Positions 39,483 through 48,750 of a stretch of 64,000 nucleotides of DNA are shown one piece after another. Position numbers and translations under genes: made by a program. Numbering within the stretch: position 1 is the stretch's first letter; every line of letters begins with the position of its first letter. The notes under the pieces were generated by a model, which worked only from the letters and a program-made list of their open reading frames with translations, made no database searches and was not told where the DNA came from. Origin of the DNA: an uncultured Chlamydiae bacterium (GTDB lineage: Bacteria > Chlamydiota > Chlamydiia > Chlamydiales > Parachlamydiaceae); the NCBI GenBank assembly GCA_963754655.1, contig CAVWGN010000001.1, positions 2,176,001 through 2,240,000 on the forward strand. The letters are read 5' to 3'.

Positions 39483-40384
39483 AACTAAGAGGCTTGTATA
39501 CCGCGCTTGTGACCCCTTTCGATTCAATAGGGAAATTAGATAAAGAAGGACTGCGCCGCAATTTACGTTACCAGCTCCAACATCAAGTGGATGGCGTTGT
39601 CGTTTTGGGCACAACGGGCGAAGATCCGACTTTAAATCCCCAGGAAAGACAAGCCGTGATTGAGATTGCAGTAGAAGAAATCAAAGGCAAAGCGACTTTG
39701 ATAGTGGGAACGGGCAGTTATTCCACTGAGCTCACTATTGTAGCGACAAAAAAAGCGCAACAAATGGGCGCCGATGCTGCCCTGATTGTCACTCCCTATT
39801 ACAATAAACCCACGCAAGAAGGACTCTATCGTCACTTTGCAGCCATTTGCGAAACTGTCTCTCTTCCAATTTGCATTTATAATATCCAAGGAAGAACGGG
39901 ACAGAATTTGCAGACTGATACTCTCCAGCGCTTAATGCCATTTTCTTCTATCATCGGCGTCAAGGAAGCTTCAGGTAATATGATGCAAATCAGCGACGTC
40001 ATAGAAAGCGCACAACACAATCGTACACAGCTTAGCATCCTTTCTGGAGATGATGCTTTAACACTCCCTCTAATGGCTTTAGGAGGGCATGGCGTTATAT
40101 CTGTTGCAAGCAATTTGATTCCAGGTCCCATTCATGATCTTGTTAAAGCTGCCTCATCTGAAGATTTTGTCAAAGCGCGCGTCTTGCATTACCAACTGCT
40201 TCCTTTTTTTAAAGCGGCTTTTATTGAAACCAATCCCATTCCCATCAAAGCTGCCATGCAATTATATGGAATGGCGGCTGGCCCCTGCCGCCTTCCCTTG
40301 TGCGATTTAGCCCCCACAAGTTTTAATCAACTGAAAACGATTCTTAACTCTCTTCCCCCTTCTTGGTTAGGCGATTATGGTTAA
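39479..40384 (+). CDS. dapA: 4-hydroxy-tetrahydrodipicolinate synthase
   Basis: GTTGE, TPYYNKP, GVKEASG, ETNPIPIK. Confidence 0.96.
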   Translation: MKLRGLYTALVTPFDSIGKLDKEGLRRNLRYQLQHQVDGVVVLGTTGEDPTLNPQERQAVIEIAVEEIKGKATLIVGTGSYSTELTIVATKKAQQMGADAALIVTPYYNKPTQEGLYRHFAAICETVSLPICIYNIQGRTGQNLQTDTLQRLMPFSSIIGVKEASGNMMQISDVIESAQHNRTQLSILSGDDALTLPLMALGGHGVISVASNLIPGPIHDLVKAASSEDFVKARVLHYQLLPFFKAAFIETNPIPIKAAMQLYGMAAGPCRLPLCDLAPTSFNQLKTILNSLPPSWLGDYG

Positions 40385-41594
40385 ACGCAATCCTCACATT
40401 GCTAAACTTCAATCAGGCTACTTATTTCCGGAAATCATGCGGCGTAAGCAAGCATTTTTAGAAAAAAATCCAAAAGCCCAATTAATTAGTCTAGGAATTG
40501 GCGATACAACAGAGCCACTTCCTTCTTTTATTGCAAAAGAATTAGCGCAGACAGCGCAAGCCTTGTCTACACTAGAAGGCTACACAGGATATGGCCCTGA
40601 AGAAGGCTATTGGGATTTGCGCCAATGCATTGCCCAACAGCACTATCAAAATCGATTTGATGCCGACGAAATTTTTATTTCCGATGGCACGAATTGCGAT
40701 ATTGGCCGTCTTCAAGTTTTATTTGGCAGCCATACGACAATGGCAGTTCAAGATCCCTCTTATCCTGTTTATGTAGATACGAGTGTTATTTTAGGGAAAA
40801 CAGCGCATTATCACGCTCCCTCGAGAAAATACCAGGGCATTTCCTATTTGCCTTGTCTGCCTGCCAATCAATTTTTTCCCGATTTAGAACAGGTGGCTCC
40901 TGTTGATTTAATTTATTTTTGTTCGCCTAATAATCCCACGGGAGCCGTTGCAACACATGCCCAGCTAGAGAAATTAGTGGATTTTGCTCACCAGCATCGT
41001 TCTATCATTATTTATGACACAGCCTATGCAAGTTATATTCAACAGCCTACCCTTCCGCGATCCATTTACGAAATTAAAGGAGCCAGAGAAGTTGCTATTG
41101 AACTAGGCTCTTTTTCCAAAATGGCAGGCTTTACAGGAGTGCGCTTAGCTTGGAGCGTTGTTCCGAAAGAACTGCAATTTGAAGATGGCCAGAGTGTTCA
41201 TCAAGATTGGAATCGTGTGCATTCCACTTTCTTTAATGGCGCTTCCAATATCGCTCAAAAAGGAGGAATGGCTGTATTACATCCAGAAGGACAAAAGAGC
41301 ATCCAAGCTCTCATTAGCTATTACATGGAAAATGCCTCTATTTTGCGCAACGCACTAGAAGATTTAGATTATGAAGTGCATGGTGGAAAAAATGCTCCAT
41401 ACATTTGGGTGCGCTTTCCACATTCTAGCTCTTGGCAAACCTTTGATAGGCTTTTAGAAAAAGCTCATCTTATTTGTGCGCCTGGCAGCGGTTTTGGTCC
41501 AGCAGGAGAAGGCTTTCTACGCTTGAGTGCTTTTGGAAAGCGTGCAAAAATTGAAGAGGCTGTCAGACGCCTACATGCCTGTCTAAAAAAATAG
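40377..41594 (+). CDS. dapL: LL-diaminopimelate aminotransferase
   Basis: YLFPEI, LGIGDTTEP, CSPNNPTG, SFSKMAGFTGVRL. Confidence 0.95.
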   Translation: MVKRNPHIAKLQSGYLFPEIMRRKQAFLEKNPKAQLISLGIGDTTEPLPSFIAKELAQTAQALSTLEGYTGYGPEEGYWDLRQCIAQQHYQNRFDADEIFISDGTNCDIGRLQVLFGSHTTMAVQDPSYPVYVDTSVILGKTAHYHAPSRKYQGISYLPCLPANQFFPDLEQVAPVDLIYFCSPNNPTGAVATHAQLEKLVDFAHQHRSIIIYDTAYASYIQQPTLPRSIYEIKGAREVAIELGSFSKMAGFTGVRLAWSVVPKELQFEDGQSVHQDWNRVHSTFFNGASNIAQKGGMAVLHPEGQKSIQALISYYMENASILRNALEDLDYEVHGGKNAPYIWVRFPHSSSWQTFDRLLEKAHLICAPGSGFGPAGEGFLRLSAFGKRAKIEEAVRRLHACLKK

Positions 41595-41602
41595 AGATTT
41601 TC

Positions 41603-41668
41603 ATGAATTTAGGACATTTAGGAGAGTTTGGCCTGATCCACCGCATCACTCTCCTTAGGTTAAAATAA
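41603..41668 (+). pseudogene. 5' remnant resembling the N-terminus of thiamine-monophosphate kinase ThiL
   Basis: MNLGHLGEFGLIHRI then stop after 21 codons. Confidence 0.5.
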
Positions 41669-41731
41669 AAGCTTGCATTCTTAACCCTATTTACGTTAAA
41701 TAAAATTTTTTCTTAGTCATTTGGAGGTGAT

Positions 41732-41887
41732 ATGTTTGGTCATGCATGGAACATTGGATTTTTATTATTAGCGATTTACTTAATTTTAGTTGGTCTAACG
41801 ACACTCATTACAGGATTTGTTATTCCGCCTGTTGTGCTAGGTGTGTTCGCTCTAATAGCGGGAATTTTTATTTTAATTGGCCGCTAG
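41732..41887 (+). CDS. 51-aa two-helix membrane protein (absent from the ORF track)
   Basis: GGAGG RBS; MFGHAWNIGFLLLAIYLILVGLTTLITGFVIPPVVLGVFALIAGIFILIGR. Confidence 0.75.
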   Translation: MFGHAWNIGFLLLAIYLILVGLTTLITGFVIPPVVLGVFALIAGIFILIGR

Positions 41888-42379
41888 TACTCAACCACAT
41901 TAGTTTTTGCTTATTAGGACGGCGCAAACCCTCGAGGCGTTAAGGTAAGAGATGAGCGTAGGCTAAGCGACGCATTCAGTCGCCCGCCGCTTCGCTCTGG
42001 GCTCTTGGTAAGGGGATATGGACCACCGTTCGGTCGCCCTCCGGGCTCGGTCACGGTGGGCTAGGATCAGTCGTCCTCCGGACTCTAGCAGCAGTGTAAA
42101 AGCCATGGAATATTAGGTAAGACGTTTGATAATGCTGCTAGAATGCTAGTCAAGGCGTTTTGATAATGCCGCTAGAGTCCGGAGGACGACTGATCCTAGC
42201 CCACCGTGACCGAGCCCGGAGGGCGACCGAACGGGTGGGTCCATATCCCCCTTACCTAGAGCCCAGAGCGAAGCGGCGGGCGACTGAATGCGTCGCTTAG
42301 CCTACGCTCATCTCTTACCTTAACGCCTCGAGGGTTTGCACCGTCCTAATAAGCAAAAACTAATGTAGTTAAATACTAA
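41884..42379. mobile_element. CTAG-ended palindromic element with a different GC-rich REP core
   Basis: Same TIR (ctagtactcaaccacattagtttt); about 210-bp inverted arms. Confidence 0.85.
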
Positions 42380-42402
42380 AAGTTGGATGTGGTTTGAAGT
42401 CC

Positions 42403-42431
42403 TTGTCTGAAATTCATGCTCGCACTATAAT
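42403..42431 (+). promoter_or_regulatory. sigma66-type promoter of marC-marC-truA
   Basis: TTGTCT-17-TATAAT. Confidence 0.5.
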
Positions 42432-42464
42432 AAGATTTTGTAATCTTGGTACCTAAGGCCTTAT

Positions 42465-43067
42465 GTGTCTATTGTTCAGCTTGCAATGATTTTTTTTATT
42501 GTGACAAACCCTATTGGGAATAGTCCGACCATTATTGCTCTTATTAAAGACCATACCATTCGAGAACAACAAAAGATTCTTTTCCGGGAAGCCATCTTTT
42601 CCATGCTTCTCGCCATCTTTTTTCTCCTTTTAGGAGAAACTTTTCTACGATGCCTAAGTATTCAACATTTTGCTTTAACAACAAGCGGCGGCATTTTGCT
42701 CTTTATCGTAGCGCTTAAAATGATTTTTTCTAATCGAGATGAAAATAGAGTGGAAGGACCCAAACAAGATCCTTTTATTGTACCCATTGCCACTCCCCTT
42801 TTGTCTGGGGCAGGTCTTTTAACAATGATCATGCTCTATTCTAAGCAGGAAGCCAATAACATGAAAATTCTGATTGCCATTTTATTAGCTTGGATAGGAG
42901 TAACAATTGTCTTAGTGACAGCTCCTTATCTTCAGCTCCTTTTAGGAAAACGGGGACTTTCTGCCCTCGAACAGTTAATGGGAATGCTTCTTGCCATGAT
43001 TGCAATGGAAATGATTGTGCAAGGATCTTCACTCTTTTTGACAGCTTTAACAACAGCCACCTCATGA
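42465..43067 (+). CDS. MarC-family membrane protein
   Basis: NPIGN, VPIATPLLSGAG, six hydrophobic helices. Confidence 0.9.
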   Translation: MSIVQLAMIFFIVTNPIGNSPTIIALIKDHTIREQQKILFREAIFSMLLAIFFLLLGETFLRCLSIQHFALTTSGGILLFIVALKMIFSNRDENRVEGPKQDPFIVPIATPLLSGAGLLTMIMLYSKQEANNMKILIAILLAWIGVTIVLVTAPYLQLLLGKRGLSALEQLMGMLLAMIAMEMIVQGSSLFLTALTTATS

Positions 43068-43082
43068 GAAATATCCCTCTAT

Positions 43083-43682
43083 ATGTCATTATTTAATATT
43101 ACTTTAACTCTTTTTTTGATCATGGATCCTATAGGAAATTTATCTTCCTATCTCTCTATGGGTAAAGAGTTAGATCCAAAACGCCAATCTTGGATTATTT
43201 TTCGGGAGATGTGCATTGCCCTGGCCGTCATGCTGTTCTTTAATTATGTAGGCGAATATATCTTTAATTTTCTAGATTTATCAGAAACGACTGTGCGCCT
43301 TTCTTCAGGAGTCATTCTATTTCTCATTGCAGTTAAGATTTTATTTACGGCTAGTGACAGTCCGCGTGCCAATCTTCCCAAAGGAGAACCGTTTATCTTC
43401 CCTTTGGCCGTTCCTTTAGTTGCTGGTCCAGCTCTAATGGCCACCATTATGCTTTATGCCCATTTAGAACCTGTGCAATCCATCATGATTATTGCTATTC
43501 TTATCGCGTGGTTTTTATCGGTCTTAATTTTCCTCTTTGCAGGTCCCATTAAACGCATACTAGGAAATAATGGCTTAATGGCATGCGAGCGCCTTATCGG
43601 AATGGCTTTAGTCTTAGTGGCTGTCCAACGCTTTTTAGAAGGAATTTTGCTCTTTTGGGCAACCCAGCCCAATCCCAGCTAG
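43083..43682 (+). CDS. MarC-family membrane protein
   Basis: DPIGN, FPLAVPLVAGPA, ERLIG. Confidence 0.9.
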   Translation: MSLFNITLTLFLIMDPIGNLSSYLSMGKELDPKRQSWIIFREMCIALAVMLFFNYVGEYIFNFLDLSETTVRLSSGVILFLIAVKILFTASDSPRANLPKGEPFIFPLAVPLVAGPALMATIMLYAHLEPVQSIMIIAILIAWFLSVLIFLFAGPIKRILGNNGLMACERLIGMALVLVAVQRFLEGILLFWATQPNPS

Positions 43683-43721
43683 TCCTTCTCTTCTCCTTTA
43701 AACGAGTACCCCTCCTCCTCT

Positions 43722-44468
43722 ATGCATAATATTAAACTGATTATTGCCTACGATGGTAAAAATTATTTGGGGTGGCAAAAGACGCGCATGGGACCCAGCA
43801 TTGAAGCGGCTTTACAAGGGGTTGTAGAAAAAATCGTGCAGCATTCTGCCCCCCTGCAAGCAGCCAGTCGAACAGATGCTGGTGTTCATGCACAAGGACA
43901 AGTTGTCAATTTTCTCACTTCTAAAATTCATTTAGATCTTGTTAAATTTCGCATTAGCCTCAATAGCCTGCTGCCTAAAGACATTGTCATCTTACAAGCC
44001 GAGTTAATGCCTCTCTCTTTTCATCCTACGCTCGATTGCATTGGTAAAGAATACCGCTATTTTATTTGTTTTGGTCATACTCAGCTTCCCCACCACCGTT
44101 TTTATTCTTGGCATGTTCCCTATTCTTTGAACTTGGAAAAGATGAGGCAAGCGCTTCCTTTACTCCTGGGCACCCACAACTTTGCTGCTTTTTGTAATGT
44201 CAAGAAAAATGCCCATTATAGCGATTATATTCGCGAACTTCAACTGCTCGATCTTATAGAATTAGAAGAAAAAAGGATCTGCTTTCGCATAGGCGGGAAT
44301 CATTTTTTGTACAAAATGGTACGCAATTTAGTGGGTACTGTCGTCGATATTGGGCGACAAAAGATTTCGCTAGAGACATTACCAACTATTTTGCAATCAG
44401 AATATCGCCCGCAAGCAGGCGTCACTGCTCCTGCTCATGGACTCTTCCTCCATCACGTTTTTTATTAA
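43722..44468 (+). CDS. truA: tRNA pseudouridine(38-40) synthase
   Basis: YDGKNYLGWQ, SRTDAGVHA, FLYKMVR, TAPAHGL. Confidence 0.96.
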   Translation: MHNIKLIIAYDGKNYLGWQKTRMGPSIEAALQGVVEKIVQHSAPLQAASRTDAGVHAQGQVVNFLTSKIHLDLVKFRISLNSLLPKDIVILQAELMPLSFHPTLDCIGKEYRYFICFGHTQLPHHRFYSWHVPYSLNLEKMRQALPLLLGTHNFAAFCNVKKNAHYSDYIRELQLLDLIELEEKRICFRIGGNHFLYKMVRNLVGTVVDIGRQKISLETLPTILQSEYRPQAGVTAPAHGLFLHHVFY

Positions 44469-44614
44469 ATTCTGGCTATGGTCGATACCTATTATATGAA
44501 CACCTATTATTTTTTGTAATAATTGCACAGATATGTTATGCATAAAATATGTTATGCATAAAATAAGTCAAAAGATCGCCTGATTTTAATCATTAAATAA
44601 AGGAATTAAGTCAT

Positions 44615-45184
44615 ATGAAAAAGCATTCATCCGGCACTTCCATGCTCAACAAACCCAATCAAAGAAAAGCACAAACTCAGCACTCCCTCCCCCCCCTACT
44701 TGCTACACCTACTCATCTAGGCGAAAAGGCGAGAGATGCGATCGCTCAAGCGCTCAATCCTCTCATCGCTGATGCGTTTGCTTTGTATGTCAAGACAAAG
44801 AACTTTCATTGGCATCTTTCAGGGCGTCATTTTCGCGACTATCATCTATTATTTGATGAACAAGCTGATCAAATTTTTGCTACGATTGACGTTCTGGCAG
44901 AACGTGTGCGCAAATTGGGAGGGCTCACTCTTCATTCGATTGGGGAAATTAATCAATTACAAAATGTAGAAGATGATAATGATCTCTTTGTAGAACCAAG
45001 AGAAATGGTTCGTCGTTTAATGGAAGATAATCAAAATTATGCTGCTCGCATGCTTGCTGCACATGAAGTGTGTGATAACTATAAAGACGTTGCAACCGCC
45101 AGTATTCTTGAAATCTTTTTGGATGAAACAGAGCGACGAGTGTGGTTCCTTTTCGAAACGCAACTAGAAGAAGAAAACGATTAA
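44615..45184 (+). CDS. dps: Dps DNA starvation/stationary phase protection protein
   Basis: KTKNFHWH, HLLFDEQ, DVLAERVR. Confidence 0.93.
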   Translation: MKKHSSGTSMLNKPNQRKAQTQHSLPPLLATPTHLGEKARDAIAQALNPLIADAFALYVKTKNFHWHLSGRHFRDYHLLFDEQADQIFATIDVLAERVRKLGGLTLHSIGEINQLQNVEDDNDLFVEPREMVRRLMEDNQNYAARMLAAHEVCDNYKDVATASILEIFLDETERRVWFLFETQLEEEND

Positions 45185-45379
45185 GTATGTCCAAGCAAAG
45201 CGACGCATTCATTCGCCGTGTCGCTTCGCTCTGGACAGGGATGAGAAAACAAAAATATTTAACAGCTAATTATTAGAACACTTTTCCTTCTATTTTAAAT
45301 TCAGTTGGCTTTTTTAAAGAGGTTCTTTTAAGTGATGGCTCAAAATCCAGCGTGTTTTTACTAAAAAAATTTGACACTT

Positions 45380-45495
45380 GCAGCCCTGCAGGCTGCATGA
45401 TAAACTCACTCATACCCAGGGCGTTGCCCTGGTCTATTGCACTTACAGCCCTTCTCAGGCTGATGCAGGAAATCTCAGCTTGCAATAGGAGTATT
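45380..45495. repeat. Solo REP-like arm
   Basis: cccagggcgttgccctggtctattgcacttacagccc...cagcttgcaat; near copy at 63914-63985. Confidence 0.7.
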
Positions 45496-45691
45496 CGCCA
45501 AATCTAGCTGATTACTAGCTTATCGCCATATATTCACATAAATCAAATTTTTTATAACTATATTAATCATCAAATAGCTGATATTCATTTTTTTATTAAC
45601 AAAAATCATGAAAAAATTAATAATATCTTAACATTATTAAATTATTATCTTGTGTTTATAAATATCAAATGTATTATCATAACCGACTTTT

Positions 45692-48600
45692 ATGAATGAT
45701 TTGCCTTCTTTAAAACTTAGCTCCCCTTCTGCCATTAGCCCTTCTGACGCTCAAAAAGATAATAAAGATTTTTTTAAAAAACCAAATGATTTATTTAAAC
45801 AAATGCTATCCTTGTTGGATGAGATCGCTTCCGCGCCAAAAAAAATGACAAGAGATATGAGTTCTTTAAATGATAAGATTAAAAATATAGAAAATTCTAC
45901 ACAAAGGATAGCGAAATTTGAAGGTGGAAAAGTTTTAAAGTTGCCTATTTTAGGCTGCTTAATCAAATTATTCTTTAACTGGTACAATAATAGGCTGATC
46001 GCTCAAAAGCATCAGTATGAAAAAAAGATTAAAGTATTTCACCAATTTCTTGCCACTTTTGAAAACGAGGCACTAGCCAAAATTTTTGATATAGAAAATC
46101 AAATGCGCATTCTTCTGGAAAAAGATTTTCCGGAAAAGAAGAAATATCAAGACATCTATTCCCAGCACGTTTTACCCATTGTTCAACAAGCTAAGCAATT
46201 TATTACCCATAGACCTTTTCAATTTGCAGCTCAAGCCGCAGCCGCCAAGGGGAAAGCAGCTCATGCAAGCTTACAGGCATTAAAACAATTAGCTGAAAAT
46301 CAACCTGTGATACAAAGTAGCGGAGTCTCAAGTCAACAAGTTTTTTTATTGCCTAAAGAAGGGGTAGTTTTTAAACGTTCCGATGAACAGGCTAAAGAAG
46401 AAGAAAGCCTTATTAATGATCTATTTGACTTAATGTCCAAACAGGCAGTTGTAGGAATATTCAATATTCAAAAAGCATCGGCAGACAAGTTTGACATTCA
46501 ATTTACAGAAGAAGTAAGGGCAAGAGGATTGACTCCTGAGGATTTCTCCAACTTGCCTAGTTTACGCAATGGGATCAAGGACAAGTTATCTCATCATGAT
46601 CGTCTACTCTTACAAAAGCACGAAAGAATGCTGCCAAAAGTAGATATACTCTTAAAAAACTATGAAAATATAAAAAAACAAACTTGGTATATCAAATCTG
46701 TAGGACAAGATTGGAAATCTATTTCTTTTAGCGATTTACAAAATTTAAACTTATCACATCAATTATCCGTTGACACTCTTATTGGAACTGCTCCCGAACC
46801 TAATAAAGCATTGTCCTTTCATGATCATCTTTTAAAAGAAACAAGCTTTGCCCGCGCCTTAAATTATTTACCTGCTTTGCATAGCTCGCCTAATACCTTG
46901 TATTTCTCACCCGACTTAAGCAATCCAAAAATGAGACAGGCTTATGAAACTTGTGAAAAATATCAATGGAGATACATAGATCAAAGTGGAAAAAGTCACA
47001 TAGTTGATTTTAAAACACTGCATATTCTTTCCCTTCAAAAGACGCCAATGAAGGGCGGTCTACGAGCTATGCAGAACAATGCATTGACAAACGCTTCACA
47101 AGCCCCTTATTTTCATCGACTTGCAAAACAAGCGTTGGCTGCTAAGTGGAAAGCTATGAGCCCCGAATTAATGCATATCGATGCTAATACCGGCAGGCTC
47201 TCCAACTTAAACGACATTCAAGCAAAACCATTTATAAGTAATATGATTCTAATGAGTCATTTAACTTCTAATGCCAAAGAAGCCATCTTACAAAGATTGA
47301 CTCCAGATGCTGAATTTAATGCCATTTTAACAGCCGAATTTCAACTGCTCGATTTGCATGCAAAGAATTTAGGAGTGGCTCCTCAATCGACTATTGAATA
47401 TGAGCGCTATAAAAACTTTCAATTTTCAATTTCTTCTTCTCCTGCACCCTTGAGTTTTCAAGATTTAATTACTCAATATTTAACAGACTCTATTCAACTT
47501 GATACAATGATTAAATTTGAAGAAGAAGGAAAAACGATTGAAGAACCTTTAAAAAACTTACCGGAATTGAAAAAAGCGTTAGATGTCCGTTGGCAGTTTG
47601 TCATTTTTGATACAGACTTATCTCTATCAGAAGACAATCGCTTACAGCTTCAGATCCGCAAAAAAGTAAAAGAACATTTAATCCCCCTACGCTCTGTTCT
47701 ATTGGAAACAACTTGGAAAGATCAGCCTTTAAGTAATGAAGCCATTCAACATTTAATGGATAGCGATAAACGTGATCTTAATGTTGCCAATTGGATCAGA
47801 AGAGCAGATGCACCCATTTATAAACACCTCTCACTTTCTGCAAGACAAAACGTCGAGCAACAATTAGCTCCCTTTATTCAAGAATATACCCTTAGTAAAA
47901 TGCGAGAAAGTCAACCAGATACACTCATTACTCTCAAAAGCTTACAAAATCAATTTGTCAAGCAATTATCTGATATTACCCAACCTAAGAATTTAGCCAT
48001 TTGGCAAACGCTAGAACAAGATTTATCTTCTGTTACGGTTCGTCTTGATGACACTTGGGAAAAAATTACTCAACGCTATCATCAAAATCCAAATGAGTTG
48101 CGCGCTTTAAATCCTCAAGGCCTTACATCCGGACAACAAGTCAAAATTAAATATGATCTGACCTCTTCTTCTCCGGAAGCAGTGAAGAAACAAAAAAAAA
48201 TTGCCGCCCAATTATTTCCACGCATTACGTATCGCCAACAAACTGCCTTATTGGAACGTCAGCAAAGGCGCAAAGAGTACCTCAACAATTATCAAAATCT
48301 TCTCCAATCGACTTTAAAGGATAAAGAGCTGATCACTCAAATCAAGCAATTTCTCCAAAGAGTCGAAACACCGCTCACTTCAATCAGAAAAGAAGAACTC
48401 TTAAATGATTTGAAAACTTATCAAACATCCTGTTTATTAGATCACAATGATTTATTGAATTTAAAGAAAACAATTTGTCAAGAGTGCCAGCCCACTTATT
48501 TCAACTTGACGAAAGCCATGTATCCTTTGTTGGCAGATGCTTACGCTTTAAATCAGGCTGTCTATGAGGGAAACAAAGCAGAAGCCGGCATGGCTATTGG

Positions 48601-48742
48601 ATTCTTTAACATTCCTTTAGAAAAAATGATCAATTATACCTATGCAACTTTTCCGTTCGACTCTCCTGAAACACAGTTAGCTCAAAATCTAGCAAATCAA
48701 ATTGAAAACATTCACGATCCTGCCTTTTTTGGACATTGGTAG
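45692..48742 (+). CDS. Large hypothetical effector with PI3/4-kinase-like motifs and an inserted LysM domain
   Basis: GVSSQQVFLL..VVFK, DLHAKN, FDTDLSL; VTVRLDDTWEKITQRYHQNPNELRALNP LysM. Confidence 0.6.
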   Translation: MNDLPSLKLSSPSAISPSDAQKDNKDFFKKPNDLFKQMLSLLDEIASAPKKMTRDMSSLNDKIKNIENSTQRIAKFEGGKVLKLPILGCLIKLFFNWYNNRLIAQKHQYEKKIKVFHQFLATFENEALAKIFDIENQMRILLEKDFPEKKKYQDIYSQHVLPIVQQAKQFITHRPFQFAAQAAAAKGKAAHASLQALKQLAENQPVIQSSGVSSQQVFLLPKEGVVFKRSDEQAKEEESLINDLFDLMSKQAVVGIFNIQKASADKFDIQFTEEVRARGLTPEDFSNLPSLRNGIKDKLSHHDRLLLQKHERMLPKVDILLKNYENIKKQTWYIKSVGQDWKSISFSDLQNLNLSHQLSVDTLIGTAPEPNKALSFHDHLLKETSFARALNYLPALHSSPNTLYFSPDLSNPKMRQAYETCEKYQWRYIDQSGKSHIVDFKTLHILSLQKTPMKGGLRAMQNNALTNASQAPYFHRLAKQALAAKWKAMSPELMHIDANTGRLSNLNDIQAKPFISNMILMSHLTSNAKEAILQRLTPDAEFNAILTAEFQLLDLHAKNLGVAPQSTIEYERYKNFQFSISSSPAPLSFQDLITQYLTDSIQLDTMIKFEEEGKTIEEPLKNLPELKKALDVRWQFVIFDTDLSLSEDNRLQLQIRKKVKEHLIPLRSVLLETTWKDQPLSNEAIQHLMDSDKRDLNVANWIRRADAPIYKHLSLSARQNVEQQLAPFIQEYTLSKMRESQPDTLITLKSLQNQFVKQLSDITQPKNLAIWQTLEQDLSSVTVRLDDTWEKITQRYHQNPNELRALNPQGLTSGQQVKIKYDLTSSSPEAVKKQKKIAAQLFPRITYRQQTALLERQQRRKEYLNNYQNLLQSTLKDKELITQIKQFLQRVETPLTSIRKEELLNDLKTYQTSCLLDHNDLLNLKKTICQECQPTYFNLTKAMYPLLADAYALNQAVYEGNKAEAGMAIGFFNIPLEKMINYTYATFPFDSPETQLAQNLANQIENIHDPAFFGHW

Positions 48743-48750
48743 CATGTTCT

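Noticed and set aside
41746..41943. 65-aa ORF MEHWIF…
   Set aside because: Out of frame with the RBS-supported 51-aa gene and runs into the MITE.
45273..45485. 70-aa minus-strand ORF
   Set aside because: Largely overlaps a REP-like arm; no coding hallmarks.
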